From Candidatus Alloscybalousia sp. (GTDB lineage: Bacteria; Bacillota_I; Bacilli_A; RF39; UBA660), in NCBI GenBank assembly GCA_045595895.1, contig JAZOBJ010000012.1, positions 1-58,812 of the forward strand: a DNA stretch of 58,812 nt, in the 5' to 3' direction. The position numbers were made by a program, and so were the translations under genes. The notes under the pieces are model-generated. The model saw only the letters and a program-made list of their open reading frames with translations. It was not told the DNA's origin and made no database searches. Positions 28,054-37,356 of the stretch are shown in pieces. Position 1 is the first letter of the stretch, and each line of letters starts with the position of its first letter.

Positions 28054-29799
28054 ATGGATAATACTAATATTATTAATGAAATACGTAGTAAAGTTGATAT
28101 TGTAGATATTATTTCTAGTTATTTACCTCTTACTCAAAAAGGAAAAAACTTCTTTGGCGTTTGTCCATTTCATGATGACACCAATCCATCAATGAGTGTA
28201 TCTCGTGATAAACAAATTTATCGTTGTTTTTCGTGTGGTGCTAGTGGAAATGTTTTTTCTTTTATTATGGATTACGAACACATTTCATTTAAAGAAGCAT
28301 TAGTAATTTTATCTAATAAAACAGGTATTGAATTAAAGGGAATTCATATTGATAAAAAAGTTTCTAAAAATGATAAATTATATGAAATATATGACCTAGC
28401 ACATAAATACTACCAAAACAACATGAGTAGTAGTTATGCTAAACATGCTAAAGAATATTTAAATAGTCGTAATATAACTGATGAAATGATTAAAGAATAT
28501 AAAATTGGTTTAAGTTTAGATAAAATAGATAATCTAACTAAATTATTAATTGGTAAAGGTTATGATTTAAAAACTTTAAATGATATAGGAATATCTAACA
28601 CTAACAAAGACGTATACATGAATCGTATCATGTTTCCGCTTTATGATTTAAATGGTAGAGTAGTAGGATTCTCAGGAAGACGTTATGATGGTATTAAAGA
28701 CAATAAATATGTAAATACTAAAGGTACTGAAATCTTTCAAAAAGGTGAAACCTTATATAACTATCATCTAGCTAGAGAACACATTCGTAGTAAAAACCAA
28801 GTTATTGTTATGGAAGGGTTCATGGCTGTTATTAGGTCTAAAGAAATAGGTATAAAAAATGCAGTAGGACTAATGGGTACCGCTATGACCAAGGAACAAG
28901 CTAATCTAATTAAAAGATTATCAGAGAAAGTAATTTTATGCTTAGATGGAGATGAACCTGGGCGTAAAGCTTGCCTTGAAAATGGTAACGAATTAGAAAA
29001 AATTGGATGCCAAGTAAGAGTAGTTGAATTAGGGGATGGTCTAGACCCTGATGACTACATCCTAAAGTTTGGTGCTGATGCCTTTAAAAATCTAGTGAAT
29101 AATGCTATAACTTTAAGTGATTATCGCATAAAACGTTTAAAATCGAATATAAATTTAACTAGTGATTTAGAAAAAAGCCAATATATAAATAAAGTTTTAG
29201 AAGAAACTAGTAAAATTAGTGATGAAATACATCGAGAATTTATCTTGAAAAACCTTGCAAATGAGTTTGAAATAAGTTATAATACCCTAGAAAAAAGGTT
29301 ATTGTCTTTTATTGATAAAAAAGAAAAAGAGGAAACAAAAAAAGAAGTAATTGTCCCGACTGTAGTTAGTAAAGAAACTGAAATCAAAAAAGACAAATAC
29401 TATATAGCAACTTATGCTTTATTATATTATATGATTGTTGATAAGAGATGCTTGAACTATTATCGAGAAGGAAAATTTATTTTTCCAAATGAAGATGAAC
29501 GATTCTTAGCAAGTGAAATCTCATATTATGAACAAAAATATGGTATAATAACACCAGCAGATTTTTTAACTTATCTAGCTGATAAGGAAAAATTACTTCT
29601 TGTATTAAACAGAGTATTAGAGCTTGACTTAGATAATGAAGTAGAAGATAAAACTATCAATGATTATATGTCTACTTTAAAGGAATATCGCATAAGTCAA
29701 GAACTAAAACGACTAAAAAAACAATTGAGTCAAGAAAACGATGTAATGATACAAGCAACAATTGCACAAAAAATGGCTAAACTAAAACAAGAGCTTTAA
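28054..29799 (+). CDS. dnaG: DNA primase
   Basis: It has the zinc finger CPFHDDTNPSMSV...CFSCG and the TOPRIM motifs VMEGFMAV and LDGDEPG, and lies upstream of sigA. Confidence 0.95.
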   Translation: MDNTNIINEIRSKVDIVDIISSYLPLTQKGKNFFGVCPFHDDTNPSMSVSRDKQIYRCFSCGASGNVFSFIMDYEHISFKEALVILSNKTGIELKGIHIDKKVSKNDKLYEIYDLAHKYYQNNMSSSYAKHAKEYLNSRNITDEMIKEYKIGLSLDKIDNLTKLLIGKGYDLKTLNDIGISNTNKDVYMNRIMFPLYDLNGRVVGFSGRRYDGIKDNKYVNTKGTEIFQKGETLYNYHLAREHIRSKNQVIVMEGFMAVIRSKEIGIKNAVGLMGTAMTKEQANLIKRLSEKVILCLDGDEPGRKACLENGNELEKIGCQVRVVELGDGLDPDDYILKFGADAFKNLVNNAITLSDYRIKRLKSNINLTSDLEKSQYINKVLEETSKISDEIHREFILKNLANEFEISYNTLEKRLLSFIDKKEKEETKKEVIVPTVVSKETEIKKDKYYIATYALLYYMIVDKRCLNYYREGKFIFPNEDERFLASEISYYEQKYGIITPADFLTYLADKEKLLLVLNRVLELDLDNEVEDKTINDYMSTLKEYRISQELKRLKKQLSQENDVMIQATIAQKMAKLKQEL

Positions 29800-29823
29800 A
29801 TTATAAATAGGGAGTTGACTATA

Positions 29824-30915
29824 ATGACAAAAGAAATAAAAACTTTTGATGAAAGAAAACAAAGTTTATTAGAATTAGGTAAAAAGAATGGTTATATTAC
29901 ATATGAACAATTAGCAGAAGAGTTAAAGGGATTAGATGTAGATAGCGATTCATTAGATGATTTATATAATTTCTTAGTAGATAATAATATTGAAATTACA
30001 TCTGAACATGAAGAAACAGCTGCTGGTGATGAAGATGGTGATGTTTTTTCAGATTTAGAAGATTTATCTTTAGCTAAAGATGTAAAAATTAATGATCCGG
30101 TTAGAATGTATTTAAAGGAAATTGGACGTATTAACTTATTAACATCTGATGAAGAATATGAATATGCATTAAGAGCTGAACAAGGTGATGAATATGCTAA
30201 AAAAATGTTAGCTGAATCTAACCTTCGTCTAGTAGTTTCCATTGCTAAACGTTATGTTGGACGTGGAATGTTATTCTTAGATTTAATTCAAGAAGGAAAC
30301 ATTGGTCTAATGAAAGCAGTAGATAAATATGATCCAGCTAAAGGATTTAAATTTTCAACATATGCAACATGGTGGATTCGTCAAGCTATTACTCGTGCAA
30401 TAGCTGACCAAGCAAGAACTATTCGTGTACCAGTTCATATGGTTGAAACAATCAATAAACTTGCTCGTGTACAAAGACAATTAACTCAAGAATTAAATCG
30501 TGAACCAACTGATGAAGAATTAGCTAAAAAGCTTGGAATTAGTATCGAAAAAGTTCGTGAAGTATATAAAATTAGTCAAGACCCAGTATCTTTAGAAACT
30601 CCAATTGGTGAAGAGGATGATTCACACTTAGGTGATTTCATTAAAGATGAAAGAACTATGTCTCCAGAGGAATACGCAACAGCAGAAATGCTAAAAGAAG
30701 AATTAAGTGGTGTACTTTTAACTTTAACTGATAGGGAAGAAAGAGTATTAAGATTAAGATTTGGTCTTGATGATGGACAATGTAGAACTCTAGAAGAAGT
30801 AGGACAAATCTTCGGTGTAACACGTGAAAGAATTCGTCAAATTGAAGCTAAAGCACTACGTAAATTAAGACATCCATCAAGAAGTAGAAAATTAAAAGAT
30901 TTCTTAACAAACTAA
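29824..30915 (+). CDS. sigA: Primary RNA polymerase sigma factor SigA/RpoD
   Basis: Motifs [30 protein letters not shown] and [30 protein letters not shown] are present. The start is moved to ATG 29824, behind AGGGAG. Confidence 0.97.
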   Translation: MTKEIKTFDERKQSLLELGKKNGYITYEQLAEELKGLDVDSDSLDDLYNFLVDNNIEITSEHEETAAGDEDGDVFSDLEDLSLAKDVKINDPVRMYLKEIGRINLLTSDEEYEYALRAEQGDEYAKKMLAESNLRLVVSIAKRYVGRGMLFLDLIQEGNIGLMKAVDKYDPAKGFKFSTYATWWIRQAITRAIADQARTIRVPVHMVETINKLARVQRQLTQELNREPTDEELAKKLGISIEKVREVYKISQDPVSLETPIGEEDDSHLGDFIKDERTMSPEEYATAEMLKEELSGVLLTLTDREERVLRLRFGLDDGQCRTLEEVGQIFGVTRERIRQIEAKALRKLRHPSRSRKLKDFLTN

Positions 30916-30937
30916 GACTAGAAATAGTCTTTTTTTC
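30915..30937 (+). terminator. Intrinsic terminator after sigA
   Basis: AGACTA-gaaa-TAGTCT is followed by TTTTTTT. Confidence 0.7.
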
Positions 30938-30961
30938 TGTTATAATTAAGTAGGTGATATT

Positions 30962-31630
30962 ATGAATATAAAACTAAATAACAGACTTCAAGCTGTTGCC
31001 GCTCTTGTAGATAATAATAAAAAAATAATCGATATTGGTTGTGATCATGCTCATTTAAGTATTTATTTGATGCAAACTAAGACTCCACTTAAAATGATAG
31101 CTTCTGATATCAATGAGGGACCTTTACTACATGCAAAAGAAAATATTAAAAAATATAAACTAGAAGACAAAATAAAAACGAAACTTGGTAGTGGTATAGA
31201 ACCAATAGAAAATGATATTGATACTATAATCATATCTGGTATGGGTGGATTAAATATGATAGGAATATTAAAATATCAGCCTTATAAATATAAAAATGTT
31301 AGTACTATAATTTTATCTCCTAATAGCGATACTAGTATTTTAAGAAAAGAAATATGTAAACTTGGTTTTTATATTAAAGATGAATTATTAGTTAAAGAAA
31401 AAAATATTATTTATCCAGTTATAAAATTTGAAAGGGGAAAAAGAAAATACCAATATAGAGATTATCTATTTGGACCAGTACTAATAGAAAAATGTGATCA
31501 ATTATTCATGGAATATATTCAAAAAGAAAAAACTACTAAGGAAAAATTATTAGCAGTTTTACCAAAAAAATATTTTGAAAAAAGATTAAAATTAAAAAAA
31601 GAACTAAAGATAATAAATAAAATCATTTAG
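30962..31630 (+). CDS. trmK: tRNA (adenine22-N1)-methyltransferase TrmK (YqfN)
   Basis: Motifs IDIGCDHAHLSIYL, ASDINEGPL and IISGMGG are present, and the gene lies downstream of sigA. Confidence 0.85.
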   Translation: MNIKLNNRLQAVAALVDNNKKIIDIGCDHAHLSIYLMQTKTPLKMIASDINEGPLLHAKENIKKYKLEDKIKTKLGSGIEPIENDIDTIIISGMGGLNMIGILKYQPYKYKNVSTIILSPNSDTSILRKEICKLGFYIKDELLVKEKNIIYPVIKFERGKRKYQYRDYLFGPVLIEKCDQLFMEYIQKEKTTKEKLLAVLPKKYFEKRLKLKKELKIINKII

Positions 31631-31638
31631 TTCTTTTT

Positions 31639-32142
31639 TTATATAAAAAATGCTGGATTTTCTTCATTAAACTCATTATAATCATCAGTGTTTGCAATAA
31701 TTGCATTATTACTATTACTAGAATTGTTTTGACTAACGCTATTCCTACTAGGAGATACATTAGGTGGACCATCATCTCTTACAGCCCCCATAATACGAAA
31801 CATCGTTCTAGCATTATTAAAAATCGGTTTAACTTGATAAAAAATAGGGATAGCTTGATTGACTACATTAAGCGTTTTACTAGCACCATTTAAAAAACCG
31901 CTGAAACTAAATTTGCCTAGTAATCCTTTAAGACCGCCAACACTATTGCTAATACCACCTAGAGAACTACCAAAACTACTTCCTGCTGTGGCTCTTCCGA
32001 AACCACTAGCAATACCGCCAAAACTATTAGCAGCTCTGCCTAAATTACCAGCACGACTTATATTTCCAAATCCATTAGCTAGATTGGAAGCTTGATAATA
32101 AGGCTGGTACATATAGGGATTAAAAAAATTATTACCGTACAT
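31639..32142 (-). CDS. YqfQ-like Gly/Ser/Asn-rich low-complexity protein
   Basis: An N-terminal YMYQPYY is followed by G/S/N/F-rich repeats (GFGNISRAGNLGRAANSFGGIASGFG). The RBS is AAAGGAGTGGG. Confidence 0.5.
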   Translation of the reverse strand: MYGNNFFNPYMYQPYYQASNLANGFGNISRAGNLGRAANSFGGIASGFGRATAGSSFGSSLGGISNSVGGLKGLLGKFSFSGFLNGASKTLNVVNQAIPIFYQVKPIFNNARTMFRIMGAVRDDGPPNVSPSRNSVSQNNSSNSNNAIIANTDDYNEFNEENPAFFI

Positions 32143-32248
32143 AATCCCACTCCTTTACTTTATTATATGAAAATATAAAAAAATGTTTAAAAAAAATAAC
32201 TATTATGTTATACTAAATATATTAAGAATAGTATAAAGGGTTGATGAT

Positions 32249-33688
32249 ATGAATATCTTTATAGGAACTTATCATATAGTAAGAGATGTATTTCATTTTC
32301 CAGCTAAATTAATTGAACGTTTAAGAAATAATCAAATACAAAAAGAATTAGTGGAAGAAAAAGAAAATAGACAAAAACAATTATTACAAGAAACCATTGG
32401 AGCAATCTCAACAAATGATGATAAAACAGATCGTTTACTAAAACCAAAAGAAACAAATAAGAAAGATTTAATTACCTTTAATTATGAAGTTAAAAATGAC
32501 CTAGGAAAGGTTATAAAAAGCTCATTTGATGCTAAAAGTATTGATGAAGTAGAAGCTTTTTTAACTAACGAAGGTTATGAAATAATAAAAATTGAACCAA
32601 AGAAAAAATTTAGTTTAGATATGAATTTATCAATACTTCCAGTACGTTTTAAAAGTGGTGAATTAAGTTTTGCGTTAACACAATTGTCAACATATCTTAA
32701 GGCAGGAATTCCATTGATAGACTCTGTTCGTATTTTGGCTAAGCAAACACAAAATATAAGTAAGAAAAAAGTATATGAAAAAATAATTTATGATTTAGTA
32801 GCTGGTGAAAATTTTAGTACAGCTTTAGAAAATCAAAATGATATTTTTCCAAGACTTCTAATAAATATGGTAAAGGCTAGTGAAATGACAGGTGATTTAC
32901 CAACAATATTAGATGAAATGAGTGAATACTATACATCAATAGACCAAACAAAAAAACAAATGATTACAGCTTTAACATATCCATTAATCATATTTTTTGT
33001 TTCAATTATAGTAGTTTTCTTTTGTTTAATTTACATTGTACCTAGTTTCATAAAAATGTATGCTGAAACTGATACAGGATTACCTTCAATTACAGTTTTT
33101 ACTATAAATGCAAGTAAATTTTTATTAGCTCATTATATTCCAATAATTATAGGAATATTAGTCATTATAATAACATTCATTATGTTGTATCGTAACATTA
33201 AAGCATTTAGAAAGACAATACAAGTATTTTTAATGAAAATGCCTGTTATTAGTAAAATAATAATTTATAGTGAAGTAAGTATGTTTACAAGAACGTTTTC
33301 CCAATTGCTAAATCATAGTGTACATATTACAGATAGTATGATAATTTTATCAAAAATATCTAATAATGAAGTCTATAAAGAGATAATTATGAACACATTA
33401 GAAACACTAAGTAAGGGTGGAAAAATTTCTGAATCATTTAAAGGTCATTGGGCTTTTCCAATAGTTGCTTATGAAATGCTGGTAACTGGTGAATCAACTG
33501 GAAAACTCGGAGAAATGATGGGGAAGGTAGCGGATCATTATAATGACTTGCATAAAAATGCTATTACTAGCGTAAAAAGCTTAATAGAACCAATTACAAT
33601 TATTTTCTTAGCATTTACAGTAGGTTTTATTTTATTATCAATTATAATTCCAATGTTTGATATATATGGAGCAGTTGGAAGTATGTAG
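32249..33688 (+). CDS. pilC: Type IV pilus platform protein PilC (GspF family) with an N-terminal extension of about 75 aa
   Basis: Two GspF-type repeats are present (FALTQLSTYLKAGIPL... and FTRTFSQLLNHSVHI...) with three TM segments. The gene is followed by pilD. Confidence 0.85.
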   Translation: MNIFIGTYHIVRDVFHFPAKLIERLRNNQIQKELVEEKENRQKQLLQETIGAISTNDDKTDRLLKPKETNKKDLITFNYEVKNDLGKVIKSSFDAKSIDEVEAFLTNEGYEIIKIEPKKKFSLDMNLSILPVRFKSGELSFALTQLSTYLKAGIPLIDSVRILAKQTQNISKKKVYEKIIYDLVAGENFSTALENQNDIFPRLLINMVKASEMTGDLPTILDEMSEYYTSIDQTKKQMITALTYPLIIFFVSIIVVFFCLIYIVPSFIKMYAETDTGLPSITVFTINASKFLLAHYIPIIIGILVIIITFIMLYRNIKAFRKTIQVFLMKMPVISKIIIYSEVSMFTRTFSQLLNHSVHITDSMIILSKISNNEVYKEIIMNTLETLSKGGKISESFKGHWAFPIVAYEMLVTGESTGKLGEMMGKVADHYNDLHKNAITSVKSLIEPITIIFLAFTVGFILLSIIIPMFDIYGAVGSM

Positions 33689-33703
33689 TTAGGGGGACTT
33701 GCT

Positions 33704-34468
33704 ATGGACACACTTTATATTATAACTTTCTTTATATTAGGAACCATTCTTGGTTCCTTCTACCATGTAGCAGGGTATCGATTACCAAAAGGTGAATCTT
33801 TACTAAAACCTAGACATTCTTATTGTACAAATTGTGGTAAAAAATTAAAATGGTATGAATTAATTCCAATAATTTCATACGTAATTCAATTAGGAAAGTG
33901 TCGTAATTGTCATGAAAAAATATCGATTTTCTATCCGTTTATTGAGATAGTTACAGGTGCCTTGTTCGCAGTTAGTTTTTATTCGTTTGGATTTACATAT
34001 GAATTGATTGTTAGTCTTACCTTAGTGTCTTTATTTAGTATTGTGATTGTTAGTGATTTGAATTATATGATTATACCAGATGAAGTAACATTAATAGCAT
34101 CAATAATAATAATAGTAACCAATTTTTTAAACCTTGGATTAATAGATGGATTATTACAACTTGGTAGTGGTATTCTTACTTTTACAGTAATGTATTTAGT
34201 AATGTTACTTGGTAATTATATGTTTAAAAAAGAATCATTGGGCGGAGCTGATATTAAATTAATGTTCGTTGCAGGATTAGCTCTTCATCCAATATTAGGA
34301 ATCTTTGTTATATTTATTTCAAGTTGTATTGCATTGCCAATTTCAATATCAATATATGCAATAAATAAAGAACATATAATACCATTTGGACCATTTATAG
34401 TAGCAGCAATTTTGCTTTTATTTCTATTTAAGATAGATATAAATATGTTTACTAATATTTTTCTTTAA
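33704..34468 (+). CDS. pilD: Prepilin peptidase (A24 family) PilD
   Basis: It has the Zn-binding CTNCG...CRNC, the GGADIKL active-site region, and eight TM helices. Confidence 0.9.
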   Translation: MDTLYIITFFILGTILGSFYHVAGYRLPKGESLLKPRHSYCTNCGKKLKWYELIPIISYVIQLGKCRNCHEKISIFYPFIEIVTGALFAVSFYSFGFTYELIVSLTLVSLFSIVIVSDLNYMIIPDEVTLIASIIIIVTNFLNLGLIDGLLQLGSGILTFTVMYLVMLLGNYMFKKESLGGADIKLMFVAGLALHPILGIFVIFISSCIALPISISIYAINKEHIIPFGPFIVAAILLLFLFKIDINMFTNIFL

Positions 34469-34547
34469 AGATAAATAAAAATATTGAATTAAATTGACTT
34501 CATACCATAAAAAAGTTAAAATTATATATAAAGACAGTGGTGATAAT

Positions 34548-35177
34548 ATGAAAAAAAATAAACAGTTATTTTTAACAGTGACATTAGTCTTAGTTTTATT
34601 ATTAATAACAACAGGAGTTAGTGTTGCTTTTTTTAATTATGTAAAAGAAGGAACGACTGAAAATAGTATCAAACTAGGTACCATTACCTTTAAATATACT
34701 GAAAATAGCAACTTAGGTAATGGTATTATCATAAAAGATGCTTTTCCTATTAGTGATGAAGAAGGAAAAATTCAAATCGGTGAAGGAAAAGTATTTGATT
34801 TTACTATTGAGTCAACACTATCAAAAAGTGATTTAGAATATGAAGTAGTGGCAGAACCAACAGAAGAATCAAATCTATCACTTGATGCTATTAAATTTTA
34901 TTTAACGGATATAACTAGTGGAACTGAAGTAGAAATTGCCAATTCAATAAGTAATAATAGAGTTAAAACGTTAAATCAATATAGTGATACATTAATACCT
35001 AACGTAACAGGAAAAACAATTTATCAAGAAACAATAGTAAAAAATACTAAAGGATACCTAAAAAAATTTAGAGCTAGAATGTGGGTAACAGAAGGTCTAG
35101 ATTGGTCAGATGAAAATTACATGGGGAAATTGACAGCTATCAAGATAAATGTATATGCAAATAGTGAAGAAAAATAA
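34548..35177 (+). CDS. Signal-anchored beta-rich secreted protein, paralog of 39821..40357 (TasA/camelysin-like leader)
   Basis: The leader region is KKNKQLFLTVTLVLVLLLITTGVSVAFFNYVKEGT. Shared paralog motifs are IIKDAFPISDEEGK, FDFTIES and FRARMWV...GKLTAIKINVYA. The start is moved to ATG 34548. Confidence 0.5.
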   Translation: MKKNKQLFLTVTLVLVLLLITTGVSVAFFNYVKEGTTENSIKLGTITFKYTENSNLGNGIIIKDAFPISDEEGKIQIGEGKVFDFTIESTLSKSDLEYEVVAEPTEESNLSLDAIKFYLTDITSGTEVEIANSISNNRVKTLNQYSDTLIPNVTGKTIYQETIVKNTKGYLKKFRARMWVTEGLDWSDENYMGKLTAIKINVYANSEEK

Positions 35178-35284
35178 CATTAGTTTATATTAGTTAGTAT
35201 AAAGAGATAAGTTAATATAACTTAGCTCTTTTATTTTGATTGTATAACTTTAATCATTTAATTAAAACTAATAATGGTGATAAT

Positions 35285-36223
35285 ATGAAAATAAGATTAG
35301 GTTATGTAGCACTTCCTGTAACACTTCAAATTACTGCGTCAAAAACTATAACTTTAACTAACTATAAAAAATTAGGTGTGAAAAGAGGTGAAGAAAAAAG
35401 AACTAAAATATTTGAGGAAAACCTAGATAACTTTTTAGAAATCTTAAAATATAATAAATCTAATAATATTCATTTCTACCGCATGACTTCTCATCTAGTA
35501 CCACTTTTAACATATCCGAGTTCATATGATAATATTTTAAAAAAACATAAAACTAAGTTGATGGAAATAGGAACATTTATAAAAGAAAACAGTATGAGAG
35601 TCGATATGCATCCGGATCAATATTTGGTTTTAAATAGTATGAATCCTAGTGTAGTAGAAAGTACTATTTTATCACTAGGATACTATAATTCTCTTATGAA
35701 ACTATTGAAACTAAAAACAAATATTATTTTACATATTGGGTCTAGTAAAGAAGGTAAAAATAAAGCTATGAAGAGATTTGAAGAAAATTTCAATAAATTA
35801 AATAAACAAATAAAAAATAAAATAGCTATTGAAAATGATGATAAAGTTTTTAATATCAGAAATACTTTATCTTTAGCTAAAAGATTAAATATTCCTATGG
35901 TACTCGATTATCATCATTTCTTAATAAATAAGAATAATGAAAAAATAGAAGATTTTATTATTGATATCTTTTCTACTTGGAAAACAACACCTAAAATTCA
36001 CTTTTCATCCCCTAAAAATAAGAAAGAAAAAAGAAGTCATCATGATTATGTAGATAGTGATGTATTTATTGATTTCATTGAAAAAATTAAATTCTGTGAT
36101 ATTGACTTTGATGTTATGATAGAAGCAAAACAAAAAGATGAAGCATTATTTAGATTAATACGTGAATTAAAATATAAAACAAATTATGAATTTTTAGATG
36201 AAACTACTTTTATTATTAAATAA
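35285..36223 (+). CDS. uvsE: UV damage endonuclease UvsE (UVDE)
   Basis: Motifs IRLGYV, FYRMTSHLVPL, HPDQY, ENDD, LDYHH and MIEAKQKD are present. The start is moved to ATG 35285. Confidence 0.85.
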   Translation: MKIRLGYVALPVTLQITASKTITLTNYKKLGVKRGEEKRTKIFEENLDNFLEILKYNKSNNIHFYRMTSHLVPLLTYPSSYDNILKKHKTKLMEIGTFIKENSMRVDMHPDQYLVLNSMNPSVVESTILSLGYYNSLMKLLKLKTNIILHIGSSKEGKNKAMKRFEENFNKLNKQIKNKIAIENDDKVFNIRNTLSLAKRLNIPMVLDYHHFLINKNNEKIEDFIIDIFSTWKTTPKIHFSSPKNKKEKRSHHDYVDSDVFIDFIEKIKFCDIDFDVMIEAKQKDEALFRLIRELKYKTNYEFLDETTFIIK

Positions 36224-36256
36224 ATTTGTATATAATGTACTTGTGGAGGTTTTGTT

Positions 36257-36796
36257 ATGAATAGAGAAGTTGTATTAATAGCAAAAAAGAATTATGAGCA
36301 AAAATTAAAAGAAAAAAAGGAATTATTAGAATTAAGAGAAGAGTTAGAACAATTAAAACAAGATGAAAAAGTTCAAAGATATTTAAAAATATCTAATGTA
36401 GAATGGAAAAAACCAGCAGATGATGAATTTTTAATTAGAAGTTCATTTAGTGGACGTAATCTTTTAGATCCACGTGAACCTAAAATATACTTCTATATTG
36501 GAGCATATAATTGCAGAAATGAATATGGGTTAGAAGATACTCATGCATATGATAAATTTAGTGCTGATTATCTAATGTATAAAAATTTACTAGATGAAAA
36601 TGATGTTGTTAAAACTTCACCTTCTATGGCTTATGATTTTGAAAGCCGTAATATTATACTAAAAAGTAAAAGTCCTACTTTTATTAATAAAAAATTCCAA
36701 GAAATTCAAACTATTTTTTATGAAGAAATACTAAATTGTGATTCTGATTCTCTAGAATTAAAAAAAGTATTAGAAAAAGTAAAAGAACACTTATAA
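36257..36796 (+). CDS. Hypothetical protein, tandem paralog 1
   Basis: This 179-aa protein has a coiled-coil N-terminus. It shares IGAY, ADY..Y.NL, NIILK and L.K+K.HL with the next ORF. Confidence 0.5.
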   Translation: MNREVVLIAKKNYEQKLKEKKELLELREELEQLKQDEKVQRYLKISNVEWKKPADDEFLIRSSFSGRNLLDPREPKIYFYIGAYNCRNEYGLEDTHAYDKFSADYLMYKNLLDENDVVKTSPSMAYDFESRNIILKSKSPTFINKKFQEIQTIFYEEILNCDSDSLELKKVLEKVKEHL

Positions 36797-36812
36797 TAGT
36801 AGGTATTTTATT

Positions 36813-37337
36813 ATGAATAAAGATGTAATTAAGAATGCAAAAGAGAATTATACTAGATTAATGCAAATAAAAAAAGAATTAAAAGAAGTGAAAAAAGAAT
36901 TACTCATCCAACAACAAAATAAAGAAACAAAAAATATTTTAAGAATAATAAGTGATGAAGAAAATAAAATTCCAAGTGATGAAGAAATATTAAAGTATTC
37001 TTTTTATAATGCGGAGCAAGATGATTCCACATGCAATATTTATGTTTTTATTGGTGCTTATCGTAGAACTGATAAAGTTAATGATATTAAAGTATCAGAT
37101 TATAATAAAGCCGATTATTTTGTCTACCAAAATTTAGAAAAAAATTTTTCAGGAATGGTCATTTATCCATTTCAACAACAACAGTTTGAGATTGAAAATA
37201 TTATCTTAAAATTTAAAAACTCTAATAATATTAAAGAAAAATTTTATAACCTTCAATCTATATATTTTAATGAGTATTTAAATAATGAATTTACGACTCA
37301 AGATAAAATACTAGAAAAATTAAAAAATCATTTATAA
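36813..37337 (+). CDS. Hypothetical protein, tandem paralog 2
   Basis: This 174-aa protein is about 30% identical by eye to the preceding ORF over its full length. Confidence 0.5.
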   Translation: MNKDVIKNAKENYTRLMQIKKELKEVKKELLIQQQNKETKNILRIISDEENKIPSDEEILKYSFYNAEQDDSTCNIYVFIGAYRRTDKVNDIKVSDYNKADYFVYQNLEKNFSGMVIYPFQQQQFEIENIILKFKNSNNIKEKFYNLQSIYFNEYLNNEFTTQDKILEKLKNHL

Positions 37338-37356
37338 AAACAAATAGGAGGTAGCT

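Noticed and set aside
29892-32095. Track ORFs 29892..30242(-) and 31859..32095(+).
   Set aside because: The first is antisense to sigA region 1.1. The second is the Pro/Leu-rich mirror of the Gly-rich YqfQ-like gene, because GGN/NCC repeats read as Pro/Leu on the other strand.
34539-35291. An identical 16-nt string GGTGATAATATGAAAA at 34539-34554 and 35276-35291.
   Set aside because: Both copies are simply an RBS (GGTGAT) plus a start codon plus Lys codon(s) in an AT-rich genome. There is no extended flanking similarity, so this is not a mobile or regulatory repeat.
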